64,000 bases of DNA from Vicugna vicugna (Eukaryota): contig MU059523.1 of the NCBI GenBank assembly GCA_013265495.1, forward strand, positions 1,719,761-1,783,760, written 5' to 3'. Position numbers and translations under genes: made by a program. Positions 39,210 to 51,958 of this stretch are shown piece by piece. The notes beneath the pieces were generated by a model. The model saw only the letters and a list, made by a program, of their open reading frames with translations. It ran no database searches and was not told where the DNA came from. The first letter of the stretch is position 1; every line of letters begins with the position of its first letter.

Positions 39210-39574
39210 TCGTATGAGTTGCAACAGGTTTATTGCACAATCACAGAGTCATTTAATTTCTTCCATCAACACCAGGATTTCAAATAGTTCCCTGGTGCTC
39301 TCTAGGTTTTTACGTTCTTGGGCATGTTTTCTTGATGGGGCCAGAAACTGGTTCTTGAGGGATGAAAAAATCTTACTTTTTTTATGTATGAAGAACAGGT
39401 ATGCATACAGTACACGAACAAGCATACAGAGTATATATATGATATTAAATTTTTATGGTGGGAATGATTAGAATGACTAAAAGGCTCCTTAGGAGGCCAT
39501 GATGAAAAAAAGTTGAGAAGCAACGCTCAAAGTCAAAACTTGACTATACGATTTGGAATGCGGGAGAGTTACAC
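39210..39574 (-). other. Candidate terminal exon with poly(A) signal (minus strand, unverified)
   Basis: Strong acceptor cccttctctgctttaag|G at 39574, AATAAA at 39229-39234 on the minus strand, and a U-rich tract about 25 nt downstream. Confidence 0.3.
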
Positions 39575-39817
39575 CTTAAAGCAGAGAAGGGCATTTGTGG
39601 GAGGGGAGTGAGAGAGGGAACCAGCTTCAGCCACAGGCTTGTTCTAAGACAGACTAGTTTTAGGAAGGAGTACATTCAAGTTAAGATATGATAAATAGAT
39701 TAGTATCAGCAAGGTAGTAGATCATAGTTAATTGCTAAATATGAGTTATTATTATTGTTGTTTGCACATTTTGAGCATCTGGACATTGATTTCCTTAAAA
39801 CTTTAAGCTTTCAGTTA

Positions 39818-39939
39818 GGGGATGGTATGGCTCAGTGGCAGAGCATGTGCTTAGCATGCACAAGGTCCTGGGTTCAATCCTCAGTACCTCCATTAAATAA
39901 ATAAATAAACCTAACTACCTTCCTTTTCAAAAAAAAAGA
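39818..39939 (+). mobile_element. Camelid tRNA-Ala-derived SINE
   Basis: 'ggggatggtatggctcagtggcagagcatgtgcttagcatgcacaaggtcctgggttcaatcctcagtacctcc' plus (aaat)n tail. Confidence 0.9.
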
Positions 39940-40234
39940 AGTCTTTATTTCTCATGGAGGATATTTATCCCCCAGGGAAACTTATACCTCACTTTCAAAA
40001 CCACTAAGTTAGGATAGAATCAAACGCCTATAATGGAGACCCAAAGTAATAATGGGTAGAAACTTATATCTTTGTCACACAGAAGTTGGAGCTGGTAGTA
40101 GCTCCTCTCCAGCTGGCCAGCATCCCAAACTCCTTATATCTTGTTGCTCTGCCAGTCTCTAGGATTTGGGGCTTATATGCATGGTCACTCTTACCTTCCT
40201 CCCTAGGCCATGGCAATCACCTTTCTACCCTCTT

Positions 40235-40410
40235 CTTTTAAGTTTCACATAAAAATGAAACCGTGCAATACTTGTCTTTCTGTGTCTGACATATTTCACT
40301 TAGCATAATGTCCTCTAGGTTCATCCAGATCGTCACAAGTAGCAAAATTTCCTTTTTTTTAAGCTGAATAATATTCCATTGTGTATGGAGTAACTCACAA
40401 CCTCTTCTGT
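40235..40410 (-). mobile_element. L1 3' fragment
   Basis: Minus ORF 40238-40420 (QWNIIQLKKKEILLLVTIWMNLEDIMLSEICQTQKDKYC) is the L1 ORF2p C-terminus. Confidence 0.85.
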
Positions 40411-43400
40411 ATCCTCTCATACTACATTATTAAAAATTATTTGTACAAGTAAATCTGAAAGTACTGATTGACTGCTCTCCTAATGTCTTAAGACCTAGAG
40501 GGAAAGGGAGGACAATTTAAGGAATAGAATTCACATGACTCCTAAGTGTATATTATATGGAAGCTGCAAAATACATTGCAAGCAAGTATATGAAGCTATA
40601 ACTGCCTTTGAGTTCTAAAAAGCTATGGGGGACCCTAAGAAGAGCTGAATGTGTGATGTGATATTATTTGATGAGAAACATGTGTAGACACATGTTATTA
40701 CTCTTGCCAGTTAGAGGGAGAGGCTGATTCTTGTGGCAATAGCTGTGTCTAAGTAGAGGTGAATAATGATCAGGGGAAAGGGATAGTTTGAATCCAGTTG
40801 ACAGTTAAAAAAAATTACTAAAAAATATTTTGTAAAAAAATAATTACTAGTTGATATTAAATAAGTAAAAGAAAAAATGTCAATCAGGATGGGTTAGATT
40901 ATGCTGCAAAAACAAATAACCCTTGTTAAGTATATTAACAATAACAAAACAGAAATATTTACGAAAGCTCTAATCATGGTCACATGAAATATAGGAGACT
41001 TGGTGGGTTTTTGTGTTTGAAACAATGTAGTGTCAACATCTAAACAAAAATTTCTGTGCTAAATTTACAGGTAAGGAGAGGGAGTGGGGGAGGGAAGTTC
41101 TACCCTCAGCACAACAGACTTTCCCAGTGGAGATGGTCTAAGGGCTCTGGTCCAGAAGTCTTGATCTTCTCTGGGCTGAGCCCAAGCAGAGACCCAGTGT
41201 CTGTTGTGGGAGGGGAATGGTGAGCAGGGACAGCATCTTGGGGGTCAGGTGGCTGAGACATGAAGATAAGTTATTTAGACAGTCATACATAAGTAGTTTT
41301 TGGCCTCCCACATGGTAGGCACTCTAATGGCACAGCAGGAAGATACCTAGTAATTACAACAGATGGTGTTATTGTGATTCCAGAAGAAGAGGACCACTAA
41401 TAAATTTTGGGGTGATGTAGTGCCTAGGAAGTGCCTGACACAAAATAAGTTCTCAGTAAGTCACATCATAGGGCTTGGCAGATGTCCACAGGTGACAACT
41501 GACAAAATTATGTGGTCTCCTACCTTTGGTCCAGATGAGCACCTCCAAAATGCTGATGGGGCTGCTCTCAGCCAATCCGGTGGACTCACAGGACAGCGCC
41601 GTGCCTTACAACTGCCTCTGGTTACCACTGTCCAGGGAACACTCCCCTCCCAGCAAACCCTCTTCACCCTTCAATGCCTGATTGTAGGCACTCTGAATTT
41701 TAAGTTTTTAAAAGAAAATTTTAATTTTAAACTTTTTAAAAACTTTAAAAAATTTTTTAAGAATCTTTTTATTGAAGTATAACATATATACAGGTATGAT
41801 AAAATACTGAGACCATAATCTGACCTCTAGTTATGTTTGACATATTTTTCCAAATTACCTTTCATGTGTATGTATTTTTTACATAGGTTTACTCAAGGAA
41901 TATTCCTGTTTTGTGTTATATGTTCATTGAACATTCTATCATGTATAATTAGACCATAAAAATGCTCCAGAGAGAATTTTAGTGGCTATTTTATATGCCA
42001 TTTTACTTGTGCCACAAAATCTGCTAAAGCATTTTCCCAAAACCTTCTCTCAAGAAATAAGGGAAAACCTTTTGTTGGATTTTCCGATTTCTCCCTCTTA
42101 ACTCCCGGTTTCTTTCTTATATGAGAAAAAAGTCATGACCACTACCATACTTCATTGACTCTAAAATGTAAGACACACCCATTTTATGCTCTCCAAAAGA
42201 GCACAGCTCTTTAACAATGACTGCAACTTGTGGAAATTCATCTGGAGTGAGGTGGGCTTTTAGGCATTATGGAATTCTTTGTTCACAGAACTTCGGGATC
42301 CATGTACCAGAGGTTATAGAATTCCTCCTCTGCCTTTCTTTCCAGCCCAGCCCTAATGCACGTTTAGAAAGATCCCACACAGCAGAACTGACAGACGGGG
42401 AGAATTTGTCCTGAAGTTGGGGCTCCTGCAAATTGCAGTCTGTCCTGACAGCCCATGTATCTGTTAGAAGGTCTAGCTTTTCCATGCCCTGGAGCCCCTC
42501 TGCACACGGCCTCTGTTCCTCCTGCCACACTCCCACTTCCAAATGTCCCTTGAGGCCCCCATCTCTTCTCCCCTAGAAAGGATTCACTCCCTCTGCAATG
42601 TGATTCCTTTGAATGTATTTGTGTCCTTATCTCTTCAATGTCTTTTTCTAACGTGGTTTTTGTTTTAAGTTTATCCAGTTTGGCTTCAGTGTTATAGAGA
42701 AAGCAATGGTCTGTCCCAACTATCTCCAGCCCAACAGGAAGGATCACCTTGAGACATAGATCTTGTCCTCGCTGGTTAGGCTCATGTAGTTGAAGTGAGG
42801 CTGGCTGTTAGTCCACATTCTGGGTGGTTTTTTTACGTATCGTGTGGATTTCTTTTTTCTCTCATGTACTTTAGTTGAAAATCCAAACTCCCTGAAAATG
42901 ATTGTGTAATACAGAAGGTGCAGACTGGTGGCGATTATCTGTGGATAGATATCCTTTGGCCTGTACTGTATTGGTATGTACACATAATTTGAATTTTTTG
43001 CTGCATTTAAACATTAAAAGCTTTCACATGAACACTTCTATGTGTGCATTTTCAGTTATCAAGAGTGACCTCTGAAAGCACTGGCTTGCCTCCCTGCATG
43101 GCCATGGTGACCTGGAGCTTGAATGACGGCCCTTAGCAACAGGGAAATGACCCTCGTTACCTGCCTGTAGGTCCTTAAAGTGGCAGCTCCTGACCTGATG
43201 AGTGAGCTGGAGCTGACATGAGGGGCGGCCCCACCACGCACTTAGAGTAAGCCCAGGAATGCACCCAAGCCCACGCCATGACCTAAAAGACCCTCCCTGC
43301 TCTGGGCCCTGCTCTGCTCTGACTCCTTCCTCCCCACAACTCACCTCTTGCCTTCTTGCTGCCCCTCAGACAAGCCAAACACACTCCAGCTTCAGGCCTT

Positions 43401-44290
43401 CCCTGCCTTTCCCTGCCCTTCGATTTCCCCCCAGACAGTCCCACAACTCAGCTCCTAACTTTATCCACGTCTCAACTCACACATCTTATTAGATTAGATT
43501 GCTGGCTTGCTGCCAATCATCCTGACCAGGAAATGGGTTCTGTGAGGAATGGGTTCTGTGACTCTTTTTTTTTTTCTCCCACTTCTGTACCCCAGCAGCT
43601 ACTTCTCTACCTGGCACATAAATATTGTCAAATAAGTGGATGCCTGAATGGTATCTTTTTTCACTCATATCATTGGATTCATGGTTTTCCTCTTCAGAGC
43701 AATGAGAAAGTTGAACGTCATCAACTCTAGCATCATTTTGAACTTAAATATTTTGTTCTTCTCACCATAAACCTTATAATGGTTTGTAGGTTTCAATCTA
43801 GCCTCCTTGTCCTCCTGGAGAACACCCAAAATGCCCATTTTACAGACAGAAGTAGAAAGAAATGTCAATAATTTAATGCCGAGTGGTAAAAAGAAAGACT
43901 GTCTGCTTCACATGTAAGAGAGGTGAACCAAGGCTGACATGTTCCTGGGAGGGTGAGATGGAGGAAGAATGAAGAAGTACCCTGACCTGAGGTCACCAGC
44001 ATCCTGATCAAGATTTGGACAAAAAAGGCACTACTCTCTCTTCAGTCTGTAGAGGGGTATAGCAGGTAAGCTGGAAATGCCTGACTCCATTGCAGAAGCC
44101 CCAGTGGCTACAGGACTAGATCTTCTGTAGGTCTGAAACACCTGACGAATGAATGGATGGAGAAATGGATAAAAGCAGATTTTTAACTCTAGTAGAATCT
44201 GTTCAGTGGTGTGGGCCAATGTTGACTTGTTCTTGCCCTAGGTCCAGATTTGTGCTGTCCAATATGGTAGTCACTAGCTAGGTGCAGCTG

Positions 44291-44896
44291 TTTTTTTTTT
44301 TCAATCAGTACTATTTACAATAACCAAGTCATGAAAGCAACTTAAACGTCCATCAATACATGAATGGAGAAAGACGATGTGGTATAGATACATGATGGAA
44401 TATTACTCAGCCATAAAAAAGAATGAAATAATGTCACTTGCAGCAACATGGATGGACCTAGAGAGTATCATATTAAGCGATATAAGCCAGACAGAGAAAG
44501 ATAAATATCATATAATATCACTTATATGTGAAATCTAAGAAAAAATGATACAAATGAACTTATTTTCAAATTAGAAATAGACTCACAGACATAGAAAACA
44601 AACTATGGTTACCAAAGGGGAAAGGGATGGGGGAGAGATAAATTAGGAGTTTAGGATTAATATATACACACTAATATATATAAAATAGATAAACAACAAG
44701 GACCTACTGTATAGCACAGGGAACTATATTCAGTATCTTGTAACAACCTATAATGGGAAAGAATCTGAAAAAGAATAATATGTATGTATATGTATATACA
44801 TGTATATGTATAACTGAATTACTCTGCTGTACACCTGAAACTAGCACATTGTAAATCAATTGTGCTTCAATAAAAATAAATTTTAAAAATGTTTAA
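44291..44896 (+). mobile_element. 5'-truncated camelid/artiodactyl-type L1 3' end
   Basis: ORF2 tail ('aaagaatgaaataatgtcacttgcagcaacatggatggacctagag') and complete 3'UTR ending 'gcttcaataaaaataaa'. Confidence 0.9.
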
Positions 44897-44916
44897 AGCT
44901 AGCTGTAGTTATTTAA

Positions 44917-45038
44917 GTTATTTGATTGAGGGTTAATTAAGTTTTTATTTCTGTATTTTTAATAGAACTACTGGGGATTGAACCTAGGACCTTGTGCATG
45001 CTAGGCATATACTCTACCACTGAGCTATATCCTCCCCC
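44917..45038 (-). mobile_element. Camelid tRNA-Ala-derived SINE
   Basis: Antisense head 'ctggggattgaacctaggaccttgtgcatgctaggcatatactctaccactgagctatatcctccccc'. Confidence 0.9.
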
Positions 45039-46634
45039 TTATTTAAATTAAATTAATTAAAATTAAACATAACTTAAAAGTCAGCTCCTCAGTTGCACTA
45101 GATACCTTTCAAGTGCTAACAGCCACATGAGTCTGTTGGCTACCCACTGGGCAGTACTGATCATAGAACATTTGCATAAATCCTCCTGGACAGTTCTGAC
45201 AAGAGGTAGCCAACCGCCTGGCTTCCCATTAGCCAGCCCTATATACCAGTTACTTTCAGCTGGGATTCCCACATTCTCCCTTTCTTGCTGTAAGAATTCC
45301 CAGTCTGTGAAAACATGACCATTAAACAAAGTGTAGGCAGTGAAGTCCCAATAAACACCCCAGGATTTGCTACAACATTTTACAGTTTTTGAAATGGCTG
45401 CCAAGTTCCATCCCAGACTCACTTCTTTGGGACTGCTAGGAACTCCAGGGCACCAATGTGCCCTGGGAGTTCAGGTCCTTTTCTGTGGCCTCCCACTGTT
45501 CATAGGAGTCCAGACACATTTCTCAACCATGTCCTGTGGAGCATTACAAATCACCTTCTATCTTTAAAAAAAAAAACCAAAACCCAAAAAAACAAAGAAA
45601 CTGACTCACTGGAGTTACTCCAGTTCACTTTCTTTCTTGGAATTCAAGACTTCTTTTGATGTTTATCAATACATCACTTCCTGAGGTGCTTGCCAAGATC
45701 ATGTCTAGGTTTTGGTGATGTATCATCTCCCCATGGCTTATTGTGGGGAACTTCTCACCGCTTTTGGGGTCCAAAAGATACATGAGCAGCATAAGACAGC
45801 AAGATGCCAGGAAACAAGGACTCAGCTCTCAGCTCAGCATCTTATTCACGAGCACAGGCTGCTTTTGAGAGTCAGTGCATATTAGGGAAGAATTCCAGGA
45901 AGAAAGATGTGTGGCTTTTGAATAACTACAGAGGTCAACTAAGTAAGTTAAATAAGCCCAGAAATCATAATTATGGCCAACACTAGACAAGGTGATGAAG
46001 TTGAGAAGTTTTTCTTTGGCTTCTCTCCAAACACCCCTGAGAAACTTCTCTTTTGTTTTTCCCCTTTGTCCCCTTTCCTCAAGCCTGCCCAGGACTGTTT
46101 TACTCTCCCATGGAAACTTAGTTCCATGCCCATTAGACTCTGCTAGTTAAGATCAACCAGCTAATGGGACAAGCTAATTTACTTAAAGATGGACTCCTCT
46201 TGGTTCCAAAGATGGGCTTCAGAGGGCAGCGAAGATTACAATTTACGTTTTTAGTGGAAAAGAATGATAGATCTCATCAGATTCTAAAATATGTCCATGA
46301 ACCCCAAGGTGGTTGAAGCCACGCTGGTGAATATCAATAGCTGATCACTGCAGGGGGTTTTCGTCTCAGGTAATGTTTGCTTTTTAACCACGGTGTGATG
46401 GGAAAACCACTGTCTGTTAAATATCTCTGCCTCAGGGAACGATAATAGGAAAGTTTTCAGGCTAGAGGCAAGAGAGGTAGGAAAGACTCTTTGAGGCAAG
46501 AAACAGCCTCTTATTGCCTTAGGGATCACATCAGCCACATCCACTTAGGGTCAAGGGACACGTCTCTGGGTTGCATAGTTTTCCTTTGAATACAAAAGTT
46601 TTCCACTCTCCGTAAAGAAAATGTATTTCTTTAA

Positions 46635-47323
46635 AAAAATTTTTTTAACTGAAGTATAGCTGATTTTCAATGTTGTGTTAGTTTCTGGTGTACAGCATAG
46701 TGATTCAGATATATATATATATATCCTTATCATATTCTTTTTCATTAGAAGCTGTTACAATGTATTGAACATAGTTCCCAGTGCTATACAGTAGGACCTT
46801 ACTGTTTATCTAGTTTATATTTATTTATTTTATTTATATTCATTTTATTAGTTAATATCTATAAATCCTGAATTCCCAGTTTACCCCTCCACCTCCATCT
46901 CCCCTGGTAAGCACAATTTTGTTTTCTATGTCTGTGAGTTTGTTTCTGTTTTGCAAATAAGTCCATTTGTACCTTTTTTTTTTTAGATTCCATGTATAAG
47001 TGATATCATATGGTATTTTTCTTTCACTTCACTTATGCCAATCTTCAGGTCCACCCATGTTGCTCCAAATGGCATGATTTTATTCTTTTTTATGGCTAAG
47101 TAGTGTTCCTGTGTGTGTGTGTGTGTGTACCACATCTTCTTTATCCCTTCATCTGTCAATGGACGTGTAGGCTGCTTCATGAACACTAGGGTACATATAT
47201 CTTTTCAAATTAGAGTCTCCCTGGATATATGCCCAAGAGTGGGATTGCTGGATCATACAGGAAGTCTATTTTTCGTTTTTTAAGAATTCTCTGTACTGTT
47301 TCCCATAATGGCTGCACCAAACT
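46635..47323 (-). mobile_element. Camelid/artiodactyl-type L1 3' end (internally deleted) containing a (TG)n tract
   Basis: Antisense 3'UTR 'aactgaagtatagctgattttcaatgttgtgttagtttctggtgtacagcatagtgattcag', followed by the ORF2 C-terminus (minus ORF 46983-47186). Confidence 0.9.
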
Positions 47324-48886
47324 GAAAATGCAGGTTTTCTTTAGAAATTAAAAGAAAAACTAATCAGGGTTAGGAGACAACTTATTTTCTTCATTACAGA
47401 TACATTCTATGGAGAAGCGGCAGCAGGCTGTGGTGAGGGAGGGGGAGACAGTTTTCATTCCCCATCTACCAGGCATTGCTGAAAAACCTTCTGAGAATGG
47501 CTTGGCCTCTCTGGGCCTCAGTTCCCTCCTCTCTAAAAAATCTGGGCAATGCTCTCCAGTCCTCTGATTCTAAGAAAGCTGCCTGAAGTCGACTTTAAAT
47601 CAAATTTTTATGCTGCTCTTTTATTGAAACGGAGCAGTTGTTTTCATATTTGGGGGTTGGGGGAGGGTGGGGACTATCCAACCAAACACTAAGTTGTTTT
47701 CTTCCTTTTTAGTGTGTTAGCATCTTGTCCGGAGTAGCAAAACCTGCTCTTGAAAGGCTCAAAACAGTTTGTGGTGGGATTGGAGTTCTTGTCTCAGAAA
47801 GATTAATTGGAAACAAACTCTAAGGAAGAAAATTCAAAGCCTATTTCTATGCTTCCTGCCTTTTAGATCTTCTAACATGTAAATGGACCATTACAAAGAG
47901 GATTAGTTATTAGAATGGTCTGCGTGAAGACCAACATTCAGCTCCCAGTTTGTTCCTCGCCAGGGTCCTGGGTGACCAGCATCCTAATGGCCTTCTTTTC
48001 AGTTTGCAGGAGGACGAATTGCATACTAACTCCAGATCCTGTGTCCCCAACTTTAATTAGCCACCGTCTTAACAAACTGGAGACTCTTCTCCACCCCTAA
48101 ATGGTGTTTAAATCAGAACAAAATGTGGTGGCAATGGGCACTCCAGACATCCACACTTAGGAGCTGTAATTTTTTTCTCTTTAATTTAAGAAAGCTGCCT
48201 AAAGTCAGCCTGGGTTCACTGGATTCTTGTTGACCTTTCCCGTATTTGTTTCTGTTATACTTCTTATCTGCTTCATCTTTGTATCCTAAGTACTAGTTTT
48301 ATTGGGTTTTGGTTTTTGTTTTCTTGGCAAAATTCCCTAGATGATTGCAGTTTTCTGATTGTTTAATTCTGCCCCATCACTGGTCTTTTTCCCCTTCCTC
48401 TCTTCTTCTAATACAGGGACCCCTCCTGACTGCGCAATCACAGGTATTTCAACATGACTGGGAACCAGGAAGCAAGTATGCAGCACTATGGAATAGACTA
48501 CATGGACTTACCACCATAGTTGTGATAAGTTAACCTTCACTCACACTAGTTCCCTTTCACATCACATATAATTCTATCTAGAAGAAAACATGCAAGACTC
48601 AAGCATGTAAGTGTGCAACAGAGGGGAAGAGCCAGGCAGTCATGACGGAGGGGAAGGCTTTAACCACTAGTCTGCTAGGCAGTGAGACAGGAAATAGAAG
48701 GCTGTGAAATACTGATAAAAGGGGGGGGGATCCAAGGATTTTTGCAGTCTAGGTTATTTAATAGTGAGATAAACAGAACTATGTACCCCAGCGGTAACTT
48801 ATCGGGACTGAAGCATATCTAGAATGGGAGTAGAAATGGATTATCAATTTAGCTTAGAAGCAGCTAATAAAATAATAAACTGATTG

Positions 48887-48946
48887 AAAAAAATGATTTT
48901 GCCTAATCTCCCAATAAAAAAAATGATTTTGTCTAATCTCCCAATA
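48887..48946. repeat. 30-bp tandem duplication with one mismatch
   Basis: aaaaaaatgattttg(c/t)ctaatctcccaata x2, read directly. Confidence 0.9.
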
Positions 48947-48969
48947 ACCACTCTTCCTTTTTAATTTTA

Positions 48970-49340
48970 CTTAACGGCTGAGTAAATGACTGCTGGGACT
49001 ATTTTTGCCATCCTCTCTTGCAGTTGAGTGAGGCCAATGGGATGTGCATGGATGTGATATGGACCACATCCAGGTCATGACCCTCTTTGAAAGGCAGGCT
49101 CATGCTCTCTAGTCTCCCCACTGGCTGGTTTCCATGTGGACCTGGTATTGGGAGGCGGGACAAACAACCACATGTTGAGGACGGCAGAGCAACAGAAAAG
49201 TCTGGGTCGCTGACACAGTAGATCCACCGTATCACCTTATACTGATTATGTTTGCTCTGTTTTTTGATAAAAATATAAACTTGTCTTGTTTAGGCCATTG
49301 ATATGTTGGTTTTTAGCAGCAAAACCTACATCTTAACTAA
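48970..49340 (+). mobile_element. MaLR LTR (MLT1J-like)
   Basis: MLT1 motifs 'gcagttgagtgaggccaatgggatgtgcatggatgtgat' and 'gaggacggcagagcaacag', and a U5 end 'tttaggccattg...ttagcagcaaaacctacatcttaactaatca'. Confidence 0.7.
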
Positions 49341-49499
49341 TCAACTAATGAGACTTCTAACTCAGGATATGATGTGGGGGAACCCATTGATATGACCTCA
49401 CATTTCACTTTCCCTCCTCTTCTTTAGCAGTGTTCCTCTGGTGAAATGAAAAAAGTGGAATTTGAGGTCCAATCTTGGCTCCACTAGTTACTTAACGTT

Positions 49500-49820
49500 T
49501 TCTTAAAAATTTTATTGAAGTGTAGTTGATTTACAATGTTAGTTTCAGGTGTACAACAAAGTGATTCAGTTATACATATACATACATATATTTTATTCTT
49601 TTCCAATATATGTTATTACAAGAAATTGAATATAGTCCCTGTGCTATACAGTAGGTCCTTGTTGTTTATCTATTTTATGTATAGTAATGTGTGTCTGTTA
49701 ACCCCCAACCCTTAATTTATCTCTCCCTGCCCTTTCCCCTTGGGTAACCATAGCTTATTTTCTATGTCCATGAGTCTGGTTTTGGTTTTTAAATAGAATT
49801 CGTATATTTTTTTTAGATTC
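49500..49820 (-). mobile_element. Camelid/artiodactyl-type L1 3' end inserted in a MIR
   Basis: Antisense L1 terminus 'tttattgaagtgtagttgatttacaatgttagtttcaggtgtacaacaaagtgattcag'. The MIR core continues on both sides. Confidence 0.88.
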
Positions 49821-51404
49821 TAATTTTCTTTCTCTATAAAGTGAGAATCATGAGAGTTAATATTTAATAAATGCTTCTGCTCCATGCTTGCTTGCTTATC
49901 TGCGCTGTCTCATCTAATTCTCACAAAACCCCTACTTGGTAGGTACTAATATTATTCTAATCTTACAGAGTCAGTTAAGGATCTTTCCTAAGATCTTTCA
50001 GATGGTAAGAAGCAAAGCAGGAATTTGGACCAAAAGAGTTTCTTGAGAGCCCACAGATCTTACCAACTCCCCTCTTTACCTTTCTGTGTTGGTGGGAGAT
50101 TCAAGGCTAAACATAGCACCCAGAACACAGTCATTTCTTTACAATTGGGGGTGACTATTGGATGATGCTGGTGGTGTCCTGACAGAGTCTGTCTCTTTGA
50201 GCTAAGGTACTGCATCACCTGCCAACCACTTTCTCTCTGTGGAAACATTCTTCCTTTAGCAAAAGGAGTTAAAGTCTTTGATTAAAGTAGAGTAAATCAC
50301 TTCATTAACCAAGGAAATTTTCTTTCTCCCCCTGTTATAAATTCATTTTTAGTCAAAATCTCAGAGTCCTGGGTCTCTTCAAGGCTACAGTCCCTAATGA
50401 TCCTTCTGAGTCACTTAGAAAAGTTTACATCTTGTTCAAAATGCTTTGGAAGGCAGGACAAGTACCACGATGACAAACTCACATGCAGAGAGAGGGCCCC
50501 CCAGATGAGGGAAACAGACAAACTTCAGCCCTCTGGCCTTTTTTTTCTCACAAAGGCAGGAGAAATACGAAATAAACACTGCTTGGTGCCAAAAAGGAGA
50601 CTAGAAATTGAAGCTTGTCACTGTTCAGAAAAGGAAAAAATTAACAAGAAATGCAAATGTGAATGGAAGGAGGAGAAAGAGGAGAAAAAAAGGAGGAAAA
50701 AAAAAAAAGAATGTAACCCACAAAGATTTCCTTCTAAATGGGTAAAGGGAAAATCAGGAGTTCTGTTTCACTCACTCAGGATCGTTCGGCTCCCGCCTCA
50801 CACTGTATAAAAGTGATAAATGGGCTAAAGGCAGGCAAGGTGATGCTGATGTGAGAGTCACTCCAAAACAGCCATGGGCACTGGTGTAAGAAAAACACGT
50901 CATCCCATTTCACAGACAAGGAAGTTGAATCTTGAAGATGACAAAGAACTTGTCCAAGATACATAGATATTAAGTGGTAGACTTGGGATTTTAAGCCCAA
51001 GGCTGTTAAATGCCAGAAAGGACAAAAAAAAAAAAAAGGATTAATTTGATAAGTAGCTCCAGCATTCTCCTTAGGTAACTTTCTATACTAGCTACCTATG
51101 GTTTGAGTGTGTGTCTTTTTTCTTTTTTCATTCAACATTTACTAAGCACCAGCTACGTCCGGTTGCTACGATATAAGGACATGATTCCTCCTGACATCAG
51201 ATCTGCAAACCGGCGAAGGTGGCAAAGATGAACCACACAAGAGTGTTACAAGTACTACAGCGAACGTCCTGCAGCAAACACTAACAGCAAAGGTGATGAC
51301 CACTTACTGGTGCCAGCTTCGTGCTAGGCACAGTGCTGAGAGCTTTGTCTTTGGTAACAGAGAAGTGAAACAAAAGAAAAAAGAAACAATTTTACTGAGG
51401 GTGG

Positions 51405-51596
51405 AGTTAAGCTTGCCAGATTTAGCAAATGAAACTATAGACTCTCCAGCTAAATTTTAATTTCAGACGAACAACAAATGCTTTTTCAGTATATGTCTCG
51501 TGCAGTATCTGAGATACAGTTATACTGAAACATTATGCATCATTTATCTGAAATCCAAATTCAGCTGGGAGTCCTGTATTTTATCAGGCAATTCTA
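51405..51596. mobile_element. MER53 (hAT) MITE
   Basis: 'cttgccagatttagcaaatgaaactatagactctccagctaaattttaatttcaga...tttatctgaaatccaaattcagctgggagtcctgtattttatcaggcaa' has the palindromic MER53 structure. Confidence 0.8.
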
Positions 51597-51939
51597 GGTG
51601 AGAAGAGTGAGTAGCAGAATATGTCTTATAAGCAAGGTATCTTGAAGACAAGCAGTTTTTCTCCATGATTACTAGTAGTGGGAGGGAAGAAAGGGCGAGA
51701 AACCAGGACTGTTGAATCTCTAATCTCAAATGGATCATAACCATAAGAAAATATAAACTTTCAAAAGATCGACTGAATTGCTTTCATAGGGTTGTGTTAA
51801 GCCAAAATCATTTCAAAAGCATTTCTTTTTTGGAACTAAGTGGGAAATAAATTAAAACATATATTTAGTTATTTTGTAATTATAAGATCTCCCACTGAGT
51901 TAGGCAGAGGTGGAAGTAAATAGGTCCGGTGTAAAGTTC

Positions 51940-51958
51940 GTGGTTGCTAAGCAACCAC
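51940..51958. promoter_or_regulatory. Palindromic RFX X-box
   Basis: GTGGTTGC-TAA-GCAACCAC has perfect 8-bp inverted arms containing the GTTGC-N3-GCAAC RFX consensus, and lies in apparently non-repetitive sequence. Confidence 0.6.

Larger units (their letters stand above)
44251..45197 (-). mobile_element. MER3 (hAT-Charlie) split by an L1 and a SINE insertion
   Basis: Left piece 'tgtgctgtccaatatggtagtcactagc' (44251-44290) and right piece 'ttatttaaattaaattaattaaaattaaa...tcagttgcactagatacctttcaagtgct...ctggacagttctg' (45039-45197) join into the antisense MER3 consensus. Confidence 0.8.

Noticed and set aside
42364-42747. Minus ORF with a coiled-coil-like segment (TEAKLDKLKTKTTLEKDIEEIRTQ)
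   Set aside because: It begins inside the putative intron after the 42748 donor, in a different frame, and has no acceptor of its own; treated as chance.
44000-44075. Minus-strand acceptor cttacctgctatacccctctacag as a coding exon
   Set aside because: All three frames hit a stop within 40 nt.
50397-50810. 137-aa ORF with a Lys/Glu-rich stretch
   Set aside because: The charged run comes from poly-purine/poly-A tracts, the start codon is not in a supported context, and no homology is evident.
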